Part shown: positions 8,540 to 18,507 of the stretch, in pieces
Position numbering within the stretch: position 1 is the stretch's first letter
Layout: each line of letters begins with the position of its first letter
Assembly (NCBI GenBank): GCA_963781625.1
Contig: CAWAGT010000014.1
Span: 11,022 to 75,021 of the forward strand
Reading direction: 5' to 3'
Length of the DNA: 64,000 bases
Source of the DNA: an uncultured Chloroflexia bacterium
GTDB taxonomy: Bacteria; Chloroflexota; Anaerolineae; Anaerolineales; Villigracilaceae
Program-made: the position numbers and the translations under genes
Notes under the pieces: model-generated
Databases searched by the model: none
Seen by the model: only the letters and a program-made list of their open reading frames with translations
What the model was told of the DNA's origin: nothing

Positions 8540-10308
8540 TGTGATTTTTCTTGAGCAGCCTGGATGGCCAGATCGATGAACACAGCCGAGGACCAGCCAA
8601 ACATGGAAGCGGCTTTGGGTGGATTCTCACCGGTCATCGGGTCATAATATTCATAAATGTCATCGCGGCAGCAGATCAAATCCAGGGTGCGCTTGCGTAA
8701 TTCACGCGCCAGGTCGGCATAGCCCGAACGCTGCAATCCTTCGATCAACAGATAGTTCACGTTGACCCACGTTGGACCGCGCCACATTTCGTGCCGATCA
8801 TATTTGGGATCGTTCATGGCAACTGTGGGAATGGGATAACGTGACCAAAATTCATGTTCGTCCGTCAGATGCGCGACCAGACGGTCGGAAATTTCCGGCG
8901 GCATCTGGCCTGTGATCAACGGGAACAGGTTGAAAGGAGTCAGAACGTTCACGCGCGACCCATTCCTGGTGGCCCAAAAGAGGCCGCTCTCTGCATCCCA
9001 GACCAGATCGATCATCCGTTGCACCATGGTCGCGGCGCGTCCACGCCACATCTCCGCCTCCTCTTCCTTACCGATCACCCCGGCGATTTTTGCCAGCGCT
9101 TCCTGTTGAAGATATAGGTAGGTATTCAAGTCGGGCGACTGGACCGGCATGCCGTCGTCCCATAAGGGGCTGTCGTCCAAACCCGATGAATACGGATGCT
9201 GATATTCACAAAGGCTGTTGCCATCCGTATCGTTGTTATCGAACCACCAGTTATTCCAGCGCACGATCGGTTCATAGATTTCATCCAGGAATTCCCGGTC
9301 ACCATTCTGTTCATAGAGTTTATAGGCGGCCCAGGCGATCAGCGGTGGTTTCGTTACGTCTGCATCGACGGGATAGTCCAGGTGGGTCACCGCACCTTCA
9401 TCATGGATGGCATCCGGGATCATGCCGTCTTCGCGTTGATGATCCAAAACGATGCGAATTTGATCCTGCGCCAGATGCATTTCCACGTGACGATAAGCAA
9501 GAGCATGGAAGAAGGCATCCCATTGCCAGACGCCCACATAATGGATCATGGAGGGTGTCATCGCTTCGCGCGTGGTATAGAAGCGGGTGGAGATCAGGCC
9601 AGCACGCATGATCCACCAGGCGTAATAATATTGAGAGCGATATTCCTCCTGCACCTGTGGCGCGCTGGCAAACCAATCGTGCCAACGTTGAGCCGCGCCA
9701 TCCAGAGTCTCAGTGACATTCGGGATATAACGGTTGAAGCCCAGGCGCGGCGTAATATTCAGGAGCAGTGCCTTGCCGCCTTCGGAAGCATCGAGGTGCA
9801 GTTGAACAGATTGATTATCAGCATCCAGGGCGTTGGTGAGGTGAGAGACGATGTGCGCGTTCGTGGTGTAAGCCACGTTGCGGCGAATATCACCGGTCAA
9901 GCGCAATACGCCGCCGCGGCGGTCGGTTTGGATCTTGTCGAGGTTGGCGTTGAATTTAATGCCACACTGGGCGGAGGGTAAGGTGATCATTAGTGTTTCT
10001 ATATCCACGTAGGCCACAGTAAAAGTTCCGATGCGAGTCTCGCAGTCGATACGATGCGGATAAGTCGTTAAGTTGAGTTCAAGAGGATCCCCATCACCAT
10101 CGATGAAGACCCATTCGTCGATCAAAGGCTGGCGCTGGCGATAGGCTGCGAGTTGACCTTCACGTTTAAACCAGCGCTCTGCCAGGCGGATGGTGAAATG
10201 CTGATTGACATAAAAAATCAATAAGCGCGAGCCACGGTCGCTGAAGGGAATCTGGCGTAGATTGATGCGATCTTTTAAGAGATTCAAATATTCTGAAGTT
10301 ACATTCAT
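8536..10308 (-). CDS. GH63-like (alpha/alpha)6 glycoside hydrolase; candidate glucosyl/mannosylglycerate hydrolase
   Basis: SSGLDDSPLWD and WRGPTWVNVNYLLIEGL motifs. The ATG at 10308 has an AAGGAA RBS and avoids overlap with the upstream gene. Confidence 0.65.
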   Translation of the reverse strand: MNVTSEYLNLLKDRINLRQIPFSDRGSRLLIFYVNQHFTIRLAERWFKREGQLAAYRQRQPLIDEWVFIDGDGDPLELNLTTYPHRIDCETRIGTFTVAYVDIETLMITLPSAQCGIKFNANLDKIQTDRRGGVLRLTGDIRRNVAYTTNAHIVSHLTNALDADNQSVQLHLDASEGGKALLLNITPRLGFNRYIPNVTETLDGAAQRWHDWFASAPQVQEEYRSQYYYAWWIMRAGLISTRFYTTREAMTPSMIHYVGVWQWDAFFHALAYRHVEMHLAQDQIRIVLDHQREDGMIPDAIHDEGAVTHLDYPVDADVTKPPLIAWAAYKLYEQNGDREFLDEIYEPIVRWNNWWFDNNDTDGNSLCEYQHPYSSGLDDSPLWDDGMPVQSPDLNTYLYLQQEALAKIAGVIGKEEEAEMWRGRAATMVQRMIDLVWDAESGLFWATRNGSRVNVLTPFNLFPLITGQMPPEISDRLVAHLTDEHEFWSRYPIPTVAMNDPKYDRHEMWRGPTWVNVNYLLIEGLQRSGYADLARELRKRTLDLICCRDDIYEYYDPMTGENPPKAASMFGWSSAVFIDLAIQAAQEKSQ

Positions 10309-10310
10309 AT

Positions 10311-12032
10311 TTATTCCTTGCTCCTTAACCATAAAGTTTGATATGGCTTCAAAACCAAAATTCCGTCCGCGAAAGTGTGTATTAGATCGCCGGTGATCAA
10401 GTCGGTTAATTGGCTTGAAGATAAACCCAAGATATCTTTTGGATCAACCCTTACATGCTGAAGCTGATTTGAAATGTTATGCAGACACAGCACTCGCTGG
10501 CTCTCATCCGTGGAGAGTCGCAGCAGGGCGAATACCGTTTCTCCGCAATCGAGAACTTGTTGTTCGCCATGAGGATGAAACGCCGCGCAGGTGCGACGCG
10601 CTCTCAGACACTGAGCATAACGATTGAAAACATGATACCGCAACGAAGATTTGTCGGTTAGTTCATTTTCGAACGCGGCCGCCGCGAACTTTTGACGATT
10701 GATTGTACGGTTTCGCCCGGTTAAGTCAACACCTGCGTGCCAGCCGCGTGAACCGAACAGGCTATGAAAATAAATCCCGGGAACGCCGATCAGCGCCAGC
10801 ATGATGGCTTGCGAGGTGACAAAGCGATCCACTTGAATATCAGGCGCTTCTTTTGAGGCCGGGTCGGAGAGCGCATCAAAGTAATTGATATTGAGTTCAT
10901 AAGGCTTTTGTCCGCCGCTGGCTTCCTGTTTATAAGATACCAGGCCGCCGTGCTGAGTCACGCGTTCGATCAAGGCCTCAATTTCAGCCTCGGATAGAAT
11001 GCCGCGAGCGGGGTTGATGCCGATCCCATCATGCGATGCCAGAAAGTTGAAAAATGTGGTCTGGCTGGATGGTAACTTAAGCCCGGCTGCCCACTTCGAT
11101 AGGATGCGGCTGTTCTCTGTATAAAAAGTGTGCAGGACGAGAGGCGGCAAAGCAAAATTATAGACCATTTGCGCCTCATCCCTGCCATTCCCAAAATAAG
11201 AGATGTTATCGACATGGGGAACGTTTGTTTCGGTGATGAGCATGACATGCGGTGCGACCTCATCCAGCACGGCGCGGAACAAACGAATCACCCGATGAGT
11301 TTGGGGTAAATGAATACAGGAAGTGCTGATTTCTTTCCAAAGATAAGCAATGGCATCCAGCCGGATGAAATGGGCACCCTGCGCTGCGTAAAGCAGCAGT
11401 GTATCGATGATTTCCAAAAGTACATCCGGATCCTGATAATTGAGATCGACCTGATCTGTGCTGAAGGTGGTCCATACCTGCTTGAGACCTGATGGAGTAT
11501 GGAATTCGGTCAGGAGTGGCAGGGCGCGCGGTCGCACAACTTGAGAGAGATCTGGGTCTCTGTTCACCACAATAAAATAATCTCGATAATGCGGATCATC
11601 TTGTAAAAAGGCCTGGAACCAGGGGTGCTGTACGGAGGCATGATTGATGACCGCATCGAACATCAAACGGAAATGACGCTCCAGGGTCGAGATGTCATCC
11701 CAGTTTCCCAGAGCAGGATCGACCTGGCGATAATCCTTGACTGAGAAGCCATCATCCGAGGTCCAGGGATAAAACGGCAAGATATGAATTCCTCTTACTA
11801 CGCCATCCAGGTATCGATTGCAAAAATCCCCCAATGTTTCCAACGGCTTCTCGTTGGGTAACTGAAGTTGATCACCGTACGTAATCAGGATGGAATCCTG
11901 CTCTGTGACCCCGCCTGCGCGCTGAGGGATTCGCCTGGCACATTCTGTCATGATCGCTTGCAGACGATCCAACAATGCGGGGGCTTGCTCTGCTCCGTAA
12001 AGAAAGGTGAGGTGAGAGAGGAGGTCGGTCAT
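10311..12032 (-). CDS. GH13_18 sucrose-phosphorylase-family enzyme; candidate glucosylglycerate phosphorylase
   Basis: DAVINHAS, HFIRLDAIAYLWKE, ITETNVPH and NFLASHDGIG motifs (GH13 catalytic regions). Confidence 0.8.
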   Translation of the reverse strand: MTDLLSHLTFLYGAEQAPALLDRLQAIMTECARRIPQRAGGVTEQDSILITYGDQLQLPNEKPLETLGDFCNRYLDGVVRGIHILPFYPWTSDDGFSVKDYRQVDPALGNWDDISTLERHFRLMFDAVINHASVQHPWFQAFLQDDPHYRDYFIVVNRDPDLSQVVRPRALPLLTEFHTPSGLKQVWTTFSTDQVDLNYQDPDVLLEIIDTLLLYAAQGAHFIRLDAIAYLWKEISTSCIHLPQTHRVIRLFRAVLDEVAPHVMLITETNVPHVDNISYFGNGRDEAQMVYNFALPPLVLHTFYTENSRILSKWAAGLKLPSSQTTFFNFLASHDGIGINPARGILSEAEIEALIERVTQHGGLVSYKQEASGGQKPYELNINYFDALSDPASKEAPDIQVDRFVTSQAIMLALIGVPGIYFHSLFGSRGWHAGVDLTGRNRTINRQKFAAAAFENELTDKSSLRYHVFNRYAQCLRARRTCAAFHPHGEQQVLDCGETVFALLRLSTDESQRVLCLHNISNQLQHVRVDPKDILGLSSSQLTDLITGDLIHTFADGILVLKPYQTLWLRSKE

Positions 12033-12601
12033 TTTGATTTCCTGCCAGAGAAATTAATCAGCCGCGGCGATGAGCGTACAGGAAAGATGCCCTGCTGCAC
12101 GGAGCGCAGTTCCTCCACTGTGAAGAAGGCTTTCGGATGTGTCTCCTGAATAATATTTATCACCTCCGGAAGTTCCTTCCTCAGCACAACTGTGTAAACG
12201 ACTTGCACAGGACCGTTGGCTCCATGTCCATCCACATGGGTAACACCGTATCCATCCGAGTGTAAACGTGCAATAAGAGATTTTCCATCTTTGGAAAGAA
12301 AAGCGCGTACCACCAACGTGCCAATCGCCAATTTTTCCTCGATTAGCATGCCGGCGAAGTTGCCTACCGCAAAGCCGGCCGCGTAGGCCAGATAGGCCAC
12401 CAGGTTTTGCGCACCGCGTACGATCTGGGATACGATGGTGATCCAGATAAACACTTCCACAAAACCCAGCAGCGGCGCGAGATATTTTCTGCCGCGCGAA
12501 AGAAAGATGATGCGTATCGTTCCCAGCGTCACGTCGCAGATACGCGCCGCGAATACGATCAGTGGCAGGATCACCCAGGTAAACCAGTCAAAGGTCTGCA
12601 T
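12029..12601 (-). CDS. UPF0316/DUF2179 membrane protein
   Basis: MQTFDW...ARICDVTLGTIRIIFLSRG N-terminal TM region and a C-terminal DUF2179-like domain. ATG at 12601. Confidence 0.6.
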   Translation of the reverse strand: MQTFDWFTWVILPLIVFAARICDVTLGTIRIIFLSRGRKYLAPLLGFVEVFIWITIVSQIVRGAQNLVAYLAYAAGFAVGNFAGMLIEEKLAIGTLVVRAFLSKDGKSLIARLHSDGYGVTHVDGHGANGPVQVVYTVVLRKELPEVINIIQETHPKAFFTVEELRSVQQGIFPVRSSPRLINFSGRKSK

Positions 12602-12611
12602 GTGTATCGGC

Positions 12612-14106
12612 CTATAAGCTGCGGCTGTTGCCCATATTGGGCAGGATCCATTCATCGTTGTAGAAATCGCGCATGATCCTGTAGTAATACAATGCTTCCT
12701 TGTTCTGCAATTCGTAATCCCAATCCTGCTTGAGGCGCTGGTGTTCCGAAGAAAATTCCCGATCGGAAATTTCCGTCTCAGCGCGTTGGGTGATCAGGTC
12801 CGACGACCCTGCGCCTTTTGAAAATTTTTCCTTTGGGCGATTGATGATTTCCTCCGGCAGGTTGTCCACGAAAGACTGACGCAGCAGCGCTTTGGGTGTC
12901 CTGGAGTGGTGCATTTTCCAGTCGGCGGGAATGCCCATCGCAAGCGAAACAGATTGAACGTCCAGGAAGGGGACGCGGGCTTCCAATCCAAAGGCCATGG
13001 ACATACGGTCGGCACGCTGCAAATTCGTGTTGTGCAGGGCGTTCGTGATGTAGATCATTTCATCCTGCAGATCATCGGGCGTTTCATATCGAGATAAATA
13101 ATCGTAGCCCGCAAAAACTTCATCCGCGCCCTCGCCGGTGAGAATGACCCGCACATGCTCCGAGGCAAGTTTTGCCAGGAAATAATTGGGGATGGCACTG
13201 CGCACCAACGCGGGATCGAATGATTCGAGATGATACAAAACATCCGGCAGCGCCGCGACCATATCCTGCGAGTTGTAAACGTATTCGTGATGGATCGTGT
13301 CGAGATAAGCCGACATCTGATGCGCGGCCATCAGATCGGAACTCCCTTCCACACCGACCGCGAAAGAGTGGAGTTGTTCCGTCTCTTCGCGCGCCAGAGC
13401 GGTAACGATGCTGCTATCCAACCCACCGCTCAGACTCACGCCCACCGGCACATCGGCCAGCAGACGTTTATAGACCGCCTCGCGCAAGGTGGATTGGATG
13501 GCTGGTAGTGCCTGCTCTTCTGTTCCATCGAACGGTTGAATCGTTTCTTCGAGTTCGATAGTACTTGTGCCAGCCAAGCTGCGAGTGATACCAATGCCCG
13601 GCGGGAAATTCTTTTATATTTTTGACCAGCCCAACCAGTGCCTTGATCTCCGATGCAAAGAAGAAAAGTTTTTTGTCCCTGCTTCTGCCATAATATAAGG
13701 GTTTGATCCCGATTGGATCACGTGCCAGAAATATTTCTCCGTTGTGCTGAATGGCAAAGGCGAACATGCCATCCAGTAGTTCCACACATTCGGGGCCGAA
13801 TTTTCGATACAAATGGATCAAGACCTCTGTATCTGAGTGCGTTTTGGCATGCAGCGTGGGAAGATGTTTCCGCTTCAATTCGCGATAGTTGTAGATCTCA
13901 CCATTGAAAACAATGGATGTATCCTGATACTGCATGGGCTGACTTCCGCCCTCGATGTCCAGAATGGCGAGACGGGTATGTCCCAGCGTGCCATGGGGAA
14001 TATCCATCACGCCCTGACCATTCGGTCCGCGATGCGCAATATTTTTCACCATTTTATTAACGATTTGTATTGCTGGTTCCTGAAAAACTCCAGCGATTCC
14101 ACACAT
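12612..14106 (-). pseudogene. asnB: asparagine synthase (glutamine-hydrolysing), split by a frameshift near 13550-13575
   Basis: The N-terminal part MCGIAG...IKEFPAGHWYHSQLGWHKYY lies in one frame. The C-terminal part ...DVPVGVSLSGGLDSS...TGEGADEVFAGY lies in another. AGGAG RBS before the ATG at 14106. Confidence 0.85.
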
Positions 14107-14131
14107 GAGGTTTCTCCTTTGCTGTTCTGGT

Positions 14132-15499
14132 TTATGGGGATGGAGTGGTCGTGATGAGTGCCAGATAGGTCTCCGGCATCCATCCAACGCGACCTTCACC
14201 ATCCATGACTTCGACCCAAATGATCCCATCCACTTCCTGCCGGCCATAGAGCAGGGTGAGTACCTGCTTCTGGCGGACGATTCCGATCTCAGGCCCGCCC
14301 GGTGACTGATACAAGCGAAGCGGCGGGAGATTGGTCACTGCAACCTGCACCAAACCCGGGGTGGGAGTCGATGTCGGTGTTGAAGTAGAGGTGGCCGTTG
14401 CAGCTGGAATGAACGTGGGTGTGAGACTGGGCCCCGGTGTGTTTGACGGAGTCATCGTCGATGTCGGTGTGAACGTGGGCGGAATGAGAGGATCAAATTG
14501 TTCCGCAAAGACCTGATTCACTTTGAGGGAGACCGGTATTTGCAGGTCTGTCGCAATCTCTTTTTGCAAGGCGGTCACCTGTTCATAACGCAAGGGCGTA
14601 TTGGTACGCACGGTAATGATCATGTTCAACCCAGTCTGGGTGCGCTCCACATTGAGAGGGTCCACCAATTGTGCACCGTTCAAACGCGCAACCTCTGCTT
14701 TGACCACTTCGTTGATCTTGCGATTCTCGCTGGCTTCGTTGAAGAACTTGACGCTATACCACGAGAGTGGAATAAGCAAGGTAAACGTCAGGCTGGCAGC
14801 AAAGACCAACGATCTGGGAATGATCCGGCCTTCCGTTCGTCGCCTGGGCCCGAAGCCCTGTAGGAAAAATACAAGCGCGGCGGCAAAGGCAATCGTGATC
14901 GCATTTGTGATAAATAAAAGTGAGGCCCCTCCGGCGACATCCCAACGCTCCAGAGCAACACCTATGCCAATTGTACATAACGGTGGCATCAATGCGGTTG
15001 CAATGGCCACGCCTGGCAGGGCCGCGGAGAGGTTGGGGCGTGTCATCGCATACGCCGCGGCAAGTCCGCCTGCCAGCGCAATCACCAAATCGATCGGCGA
15101 AGGACGCGTGCGTGCCAGCACCTCCTGTGGAAGTTCCTGCAAAACAACGAACGGCAGGTCACGGTTGATGACCGTCATGAGAGCAGACAGCAGAACCGCC
15201 AGGGCCGCGCCACGCAACAAGGCTGAAAGCGCGGATCTTGCCAGCTTGGTATCGCCCGTGATGGAACCCAGTCCCAGTCCAATAATCGGCGACATCAGCG
15301 GGGCCACGAGCATCGCGCCGATGATGACGGCCGGCGAATTAGTGATCAGACCCATCGTGGCGATGCTGCACGACAACACAACGAGTACGAAAAAGTCGAT
15401 GCCTGGCGAGGCGCTGTCGGTTACTTCATCAATGATCTCCTTGCGTTCGTGACTTGACGGGGGATGAACGTAATGGTGAAACCGCTGCAGGATATTCAT
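14132..15499 (-). CDS. DUF389 membrane protein with a C-terminal Pro/Thr linker and SH3b-like domain
   Basis: VVLSCSIATMGLITNSPAVIIGAMLVAPLMSPI is typical of DUF389. The tail is PTFTPTSTMTPS...TPTSTPTPG followed by an SH3-like segment ...IIWVEVMDGEGRVGWMPETYL. Confidence 0.7.
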   Translation of the reverse strand: MNILQRFHHYVHPPSSHERKEIIDEVTDSASPGIDFFVLVVLSCSIATMGLITNSPAVIIGAMLVAPLMSPIIGLGLGSITGDTKLARSALSALLRGAALAVLLSALMTVINRDLPFVVLQELPQEVLARTRPSPIDLVIALAGGLAAAYAMTRPNLSAALPGVAIATALMPPLCTIGIGVALERWDVAGGASLLFITNAITIAFAAALVFFLQGFGPRRRTEGRIIPRSLVFAASLTFTLLIPLSWYSVKFFNEASENRKINEVVKAEVARLNGAQLVDPLNVERTQTGLNMIITVRTNTPLRYEQVTALQKEIATDLQIPVSLKVNQVFAEQFDPLIPPTFTPTSTMTPSNTPGPSLTPTFIPAATATSTSTPTSTPTPGLVQVAVTNLPPLRLYQSPGGPEIGIVRQKQVLTLLYGRQEVDGIIWVEVMDGEGRVGWMPETYLALITTTPSP

Positions 15500-15502
15500 A
15501 TA

Positions 15503-16603
15503 TCAATCGATGGCTCCTTCTTGAACAAAGCGCGTCAGTTCGCTGACACTCCACTGATCGAGCCCGAGTTTTTCCACAGTGCGGCCGCGTCGCCAGTAAT
15601 CGGTGCGATGAATAATGCTGGCGATGCGGATCATGCTTTCCATGCCACTCACAGAGACACCGTAACGCATGCCCAGGGAGGCGATTGGCACCAGGCTCAT
15701 CGGCACATCTTCGAAAAGGTAACGATGATAGAGCGTCGAAGGTGCTTTGATCCCATAATAGCCCGGTTGGTTGTGAATGGCATCATGCAGGCTTCCGCCG
15801 TCTGTGTTGTAGGCAAGTTTAAGCCATTCCAGCGCAGTCCGGGCGCGCAATCCCAGGGAAGAGGCGACCGTTACACGTTCACGGTCGAGCACCTCCAGCA
15901 TGCGCGCCACTGACGGAGTGACGCCGTCGATATAAAACTGATAATCTCCGTGAGTGGCCTCGATCCAGCCCATGTTCAATAAAGTCAGCGCCGGGTGGAA
16001 GATCGCTCCCATGTTATTTAATCCGGTGTTGAGTACGTCCACACCATCGATGAATTGAGGGTAGGCCTCACAAATGGCTTCCAGGACCCTGCGTGTCCGC
16101 GTAGCCGGGAGCGCGGCCAGCGGCACCGCTTCCTTGATACGAAAGATGCGCGCCTGTGCCGGCCCATCGGAGCGGGAGGCATAGATAAAGGTTTCCGCCT
16201 CCGCCACAGTGACATCCGCAGTGCAGCCATTTTCGCGTATCACTTTGGCAAATTCCAGCGCTCCACAAGTGCGCCCTGGATGCAGGATCACAATCTGTCC
16301 ATTTTTTAGATGCGGCGACATGGACTTTGCCATATCTGCGTGCGCAGAGGATGGCAAGACCACCATGATCACTTCTGCTTTATGGACGGCCTCTCCCATA
16401 TCCGATGTGACCAGGGCAAGTTCACCGAATCCATGCGGACCACTCTCAGCGCTGTCCAGTTCGATCCCACCCCGTTTTTTGATAATTTCCACATGTTCGG
16501 CCGTACGATTGAATAACGTGACTGAAAACCCCATCAGAGCCAGGTGTGCAGCCATGGCCTTACCGCCATGACCCGCACCGATCACTGTAAAAAATTTTGT
16601 CAT
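15503..16603 (-). CDS. NAD(P)-dependent octopine/nopaline (opine) dehydrogenase-family protein
   Basis: Rossmann motif VIGAGHGGKAMAAHL and a C-terminal FHPALTLLN region typical of the family. The ATG overlaps the stop of the upstream gene (ATGA). Confidence 0.7.
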   Translation of the reverse strand: MTKFFTVIGAGHGGKAMAAHLALMGFSVTLFNRTAEHVEIIKKRGGIELDSAESGPHGFGELALVTSDMGEAVHKAEVIMVVLPSSAHADMAKSMSPHLKNGQIVILHPGRTCGALEFAKVIRENGCTADVTVAEAETFIYASRSDGPAQARIFRIKEAVPLAALPATRTRRVLEAICEAYPQFIDGVDVLNTGLNNMGAIFHPALTLLNMGWIEATHGDYQFYIDGVTPSVARMLEVLDRERVTVASSLGLRARTALEWLKLAYNTDGGSLHDAIHNQPGYYGIKAPSTLYHRYLFEDVPMSLVPIASLGMRYGVSVSGMESMIRIASIIHRTDYWRRGRTVEKLGLDQWSVSELTRFVQEGAID

Positions 16604-18279
16604 TGGGATCTCCTTGGTTGGATGAGTTTTGACAAGCGTTTTTTCTCTGTGATTCTCTCTCCTTTGGCATCAACTGTCACACATGTGCCATTGATAATCC
16701 TGGTGTGTATTTCCCCACATCCGAATTTATTGTTTCGTAATTGCGGTGCGTCCATCAGACCAGAGGTCACCGCGCGTGTCAGAGTGGTCGCGTCGATGAA
16801 TGGGTCATCAGCTTCGGGTCCCGCGAGAGCCGAGATGGCTTCCAGTAAAAGAGTTGCCTCTTTCACCAGTTCCTTCCTCCGTTTGGTGATGGCTGGATCG
16901 GCCCTCATATCCGGCGCACCCCGTACTGCGTTCTCGATTGCGCGCCGTACGATTTTGCTGGCTTCGATTACATCCTCCGCGGTCGCGGCGTGATGCGCCT
17001 CGGTGTGACCGACAATGTGATAGATATGCGGCTTGAGCGCCATTTGAAGATACGTGGCCGCGGCCAGATGTCCGCGCGCTGCGTCGGGGTCAAGCGGATG
17101 GGAAAGTAAACCGATGCGAGTTTGTTTCCAGATGTTAAACGGCCCTTCACCCCCGGCCCCTCTCCCAGAACGGGCGAGGGGAGAAATCATATCCATCACC
17201 GCCAGCATCTTGGCAAGGTCCATTGCATCCGATAAACCGGGCGGGCTATTGAACATGAGTTGGGCGATGTAATCCTTCACACCGAAGGCACGCGCGTTAT
17301 ATGCCGAAAGATAGGCTGACACAACGAACACCACATCGGGCGCATCGCGCATCCCCCAGTGATGCGGCTCGTTCAATTCCACGGGAATATGATGCTCGCC
17401 ATACCATTTCATCACTTTTTGATGTTCACGGATCGAACCTTCCAGATCCCAGGGCCCGCGTCCATCCATTTGATTGAACCAAAACAGGGGAATCGCGCAC
17501 CAGGCGATATTGATCGTATCCACATACATCCCGGCCAGTCTTATAAAATCATCGGTGCCGGAATAGGTGCGCAACATTGGATAATTGCCGCGGCGGCTGG
17601 CTCGATATAAAGCGCGATAATCATCCGCCGAACGGACAGGTACACCGCCTGCGCCTTTGCGCCGCGGGTCCTGTCGTTCAGGATGAAAGAAATTTTCCTG
17701 GGCGTCCTGATCGATGCCCAGCGAGATCACATCCAATGCCTGCGCCTCGGCGATCTTTTCGATGCCTGCAATGGTGTCTTCCATGGTTGGCAGACCGAAG
17801 TGATGACGCAAGATCGGATAGGGCGATTTCCATTGGATGCGCTCAATGGTCGATTGAGGAAAATTCGCTTCGCCCAACGCCTCAGCCTGTTTCCCCTTTA
17901 AATAAGCGAGGATCGCCTCCGCCGGTTCGCTCCCGTCGAAGGCACGCTCGAAGAAACCGATCTTGCGAGCGCGTTCCACCACAGGCGGAGTCCCGCCAAA
18001 AGCAAAGCGGACACCCTGCTCATGCAAGTCTGAGGCAGCTTCGGCAAACTGACCTAATAAACGTTCACCCGTTTCCGGTGTGAGGCGATACGAAACACCG
18101 ACCATCTCCGCACCTTCGCGTTGTGCGGCGGAGATCATTTCCTCCACCGATACCGCGGGGCCAAGAAACACCGTACGCCAGCCTGCAGATTCGGCCAACC
18201 TCAAGAAGTTGGTTACCCCTGCCACGTGAACACATTCGCCTAACGCACCAGCCACGACCGTTTTCGTTTTTTGCTTCAA
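16600..18279 (-). CDS. B12-binding-like domain fused to an uncharacterised ~400-aa C-terminal domain
   Basis: The N-terminal ~130 aa resemble a cobalamin-binding Rossmann domain (VVAGALGECVHVAGV...MVGVSYRL...FAFGGTP). The C-terminal part was not recognised. Confidence 0.55.
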   Translation of the reverse strand: MKQKTKTVVAGALGECVHVAGVTNFLRLAESAGWRTVFLGPAVSVEEMISAAQREGAEMVGVSYRLTPETGERLLGQFAEAASDLHEQGVRFAFGGTPPVVERARKIGFFERAFDGSEPAEAILAYLKGKQAEALGEANFPQSTIERIQWKSPYPILRHHFGLPTMEDTIAGIEKIAEAQALDVISLGIDQDAQENFFHPERQDPRRKGAGGVPVRSADDYRALYRASRRGNYPMLRTYSGTDDFIRLAGMYVDTINIAWCAIPLFWFNQMDGRGPWDLEGSIREHQKVMKWYGEHHIPVELNEPHHWGMRDAPDVVFVVSAYLSAYNARAFGVKDYIAQLMFNSPPGLSDAMDLAKMLAVMDMISPLARSGRGAGGEGPFNIWKQTRIGLLSHPLDPDAARGHLAAATYLQMALKPHIYHIVGHTEAHHAATAEDVIEASKIVRRAIENAVRGAPDMRADPAITKRRKELVKEATLLLEAISALAGPEADDPFIDATTLTRAVTSGLMDAPQLRNNKFGCGEIHTRIINGTCVTVDAKGERITEKKRLSKLIQPRRSQ

Positions 18280-18507
18280 TGAGTATTCTCCTTTCTTTTC
18301 CTTCCCCCCTTCTCAGAACGACCCAACCCCATAATTTTTATACCATAAAAACCATGAGTCTCAAAAAATCATGGCGATTGTCTTGATTCCTTGTCGGGAT
18401 ACATACTCCGCCGCTCTGCGGCGAAAAGTTCTTACGGGGTTGGGATCTTTGATACCCCGTCCGCTTGCGGCGGGGTAATTCATTTAACGCCCCTATTCTT
18501 ATTGGAT

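Noticed and set aside
9196-9981. Long antisense or overlapping ORFs inside conserved genes. Examples: 9196-9981(+), 14601-15452(+), 6186-6632(+), 17577-18083(+), 19968-20540(+), 31303-31818(-), 45596-46135(+), 51217-51774(+).
   Set aside because: These are shadow ORFs typical of GC-rich coding DNA. They have no RBS, they have low-complexity or Arg/Pro/Gly-rich translations, and they lie fully within genes whose own frame carries strong family motifs.
18280-18507. A cobalamin riboswitch upstream of the B12-binding-domain gene.
   Set aside because: I found no recognisable B12-box-like core on either strand. Only generic GC hairpins are present. The region is kept as a low-interest structured-leader finding instead.
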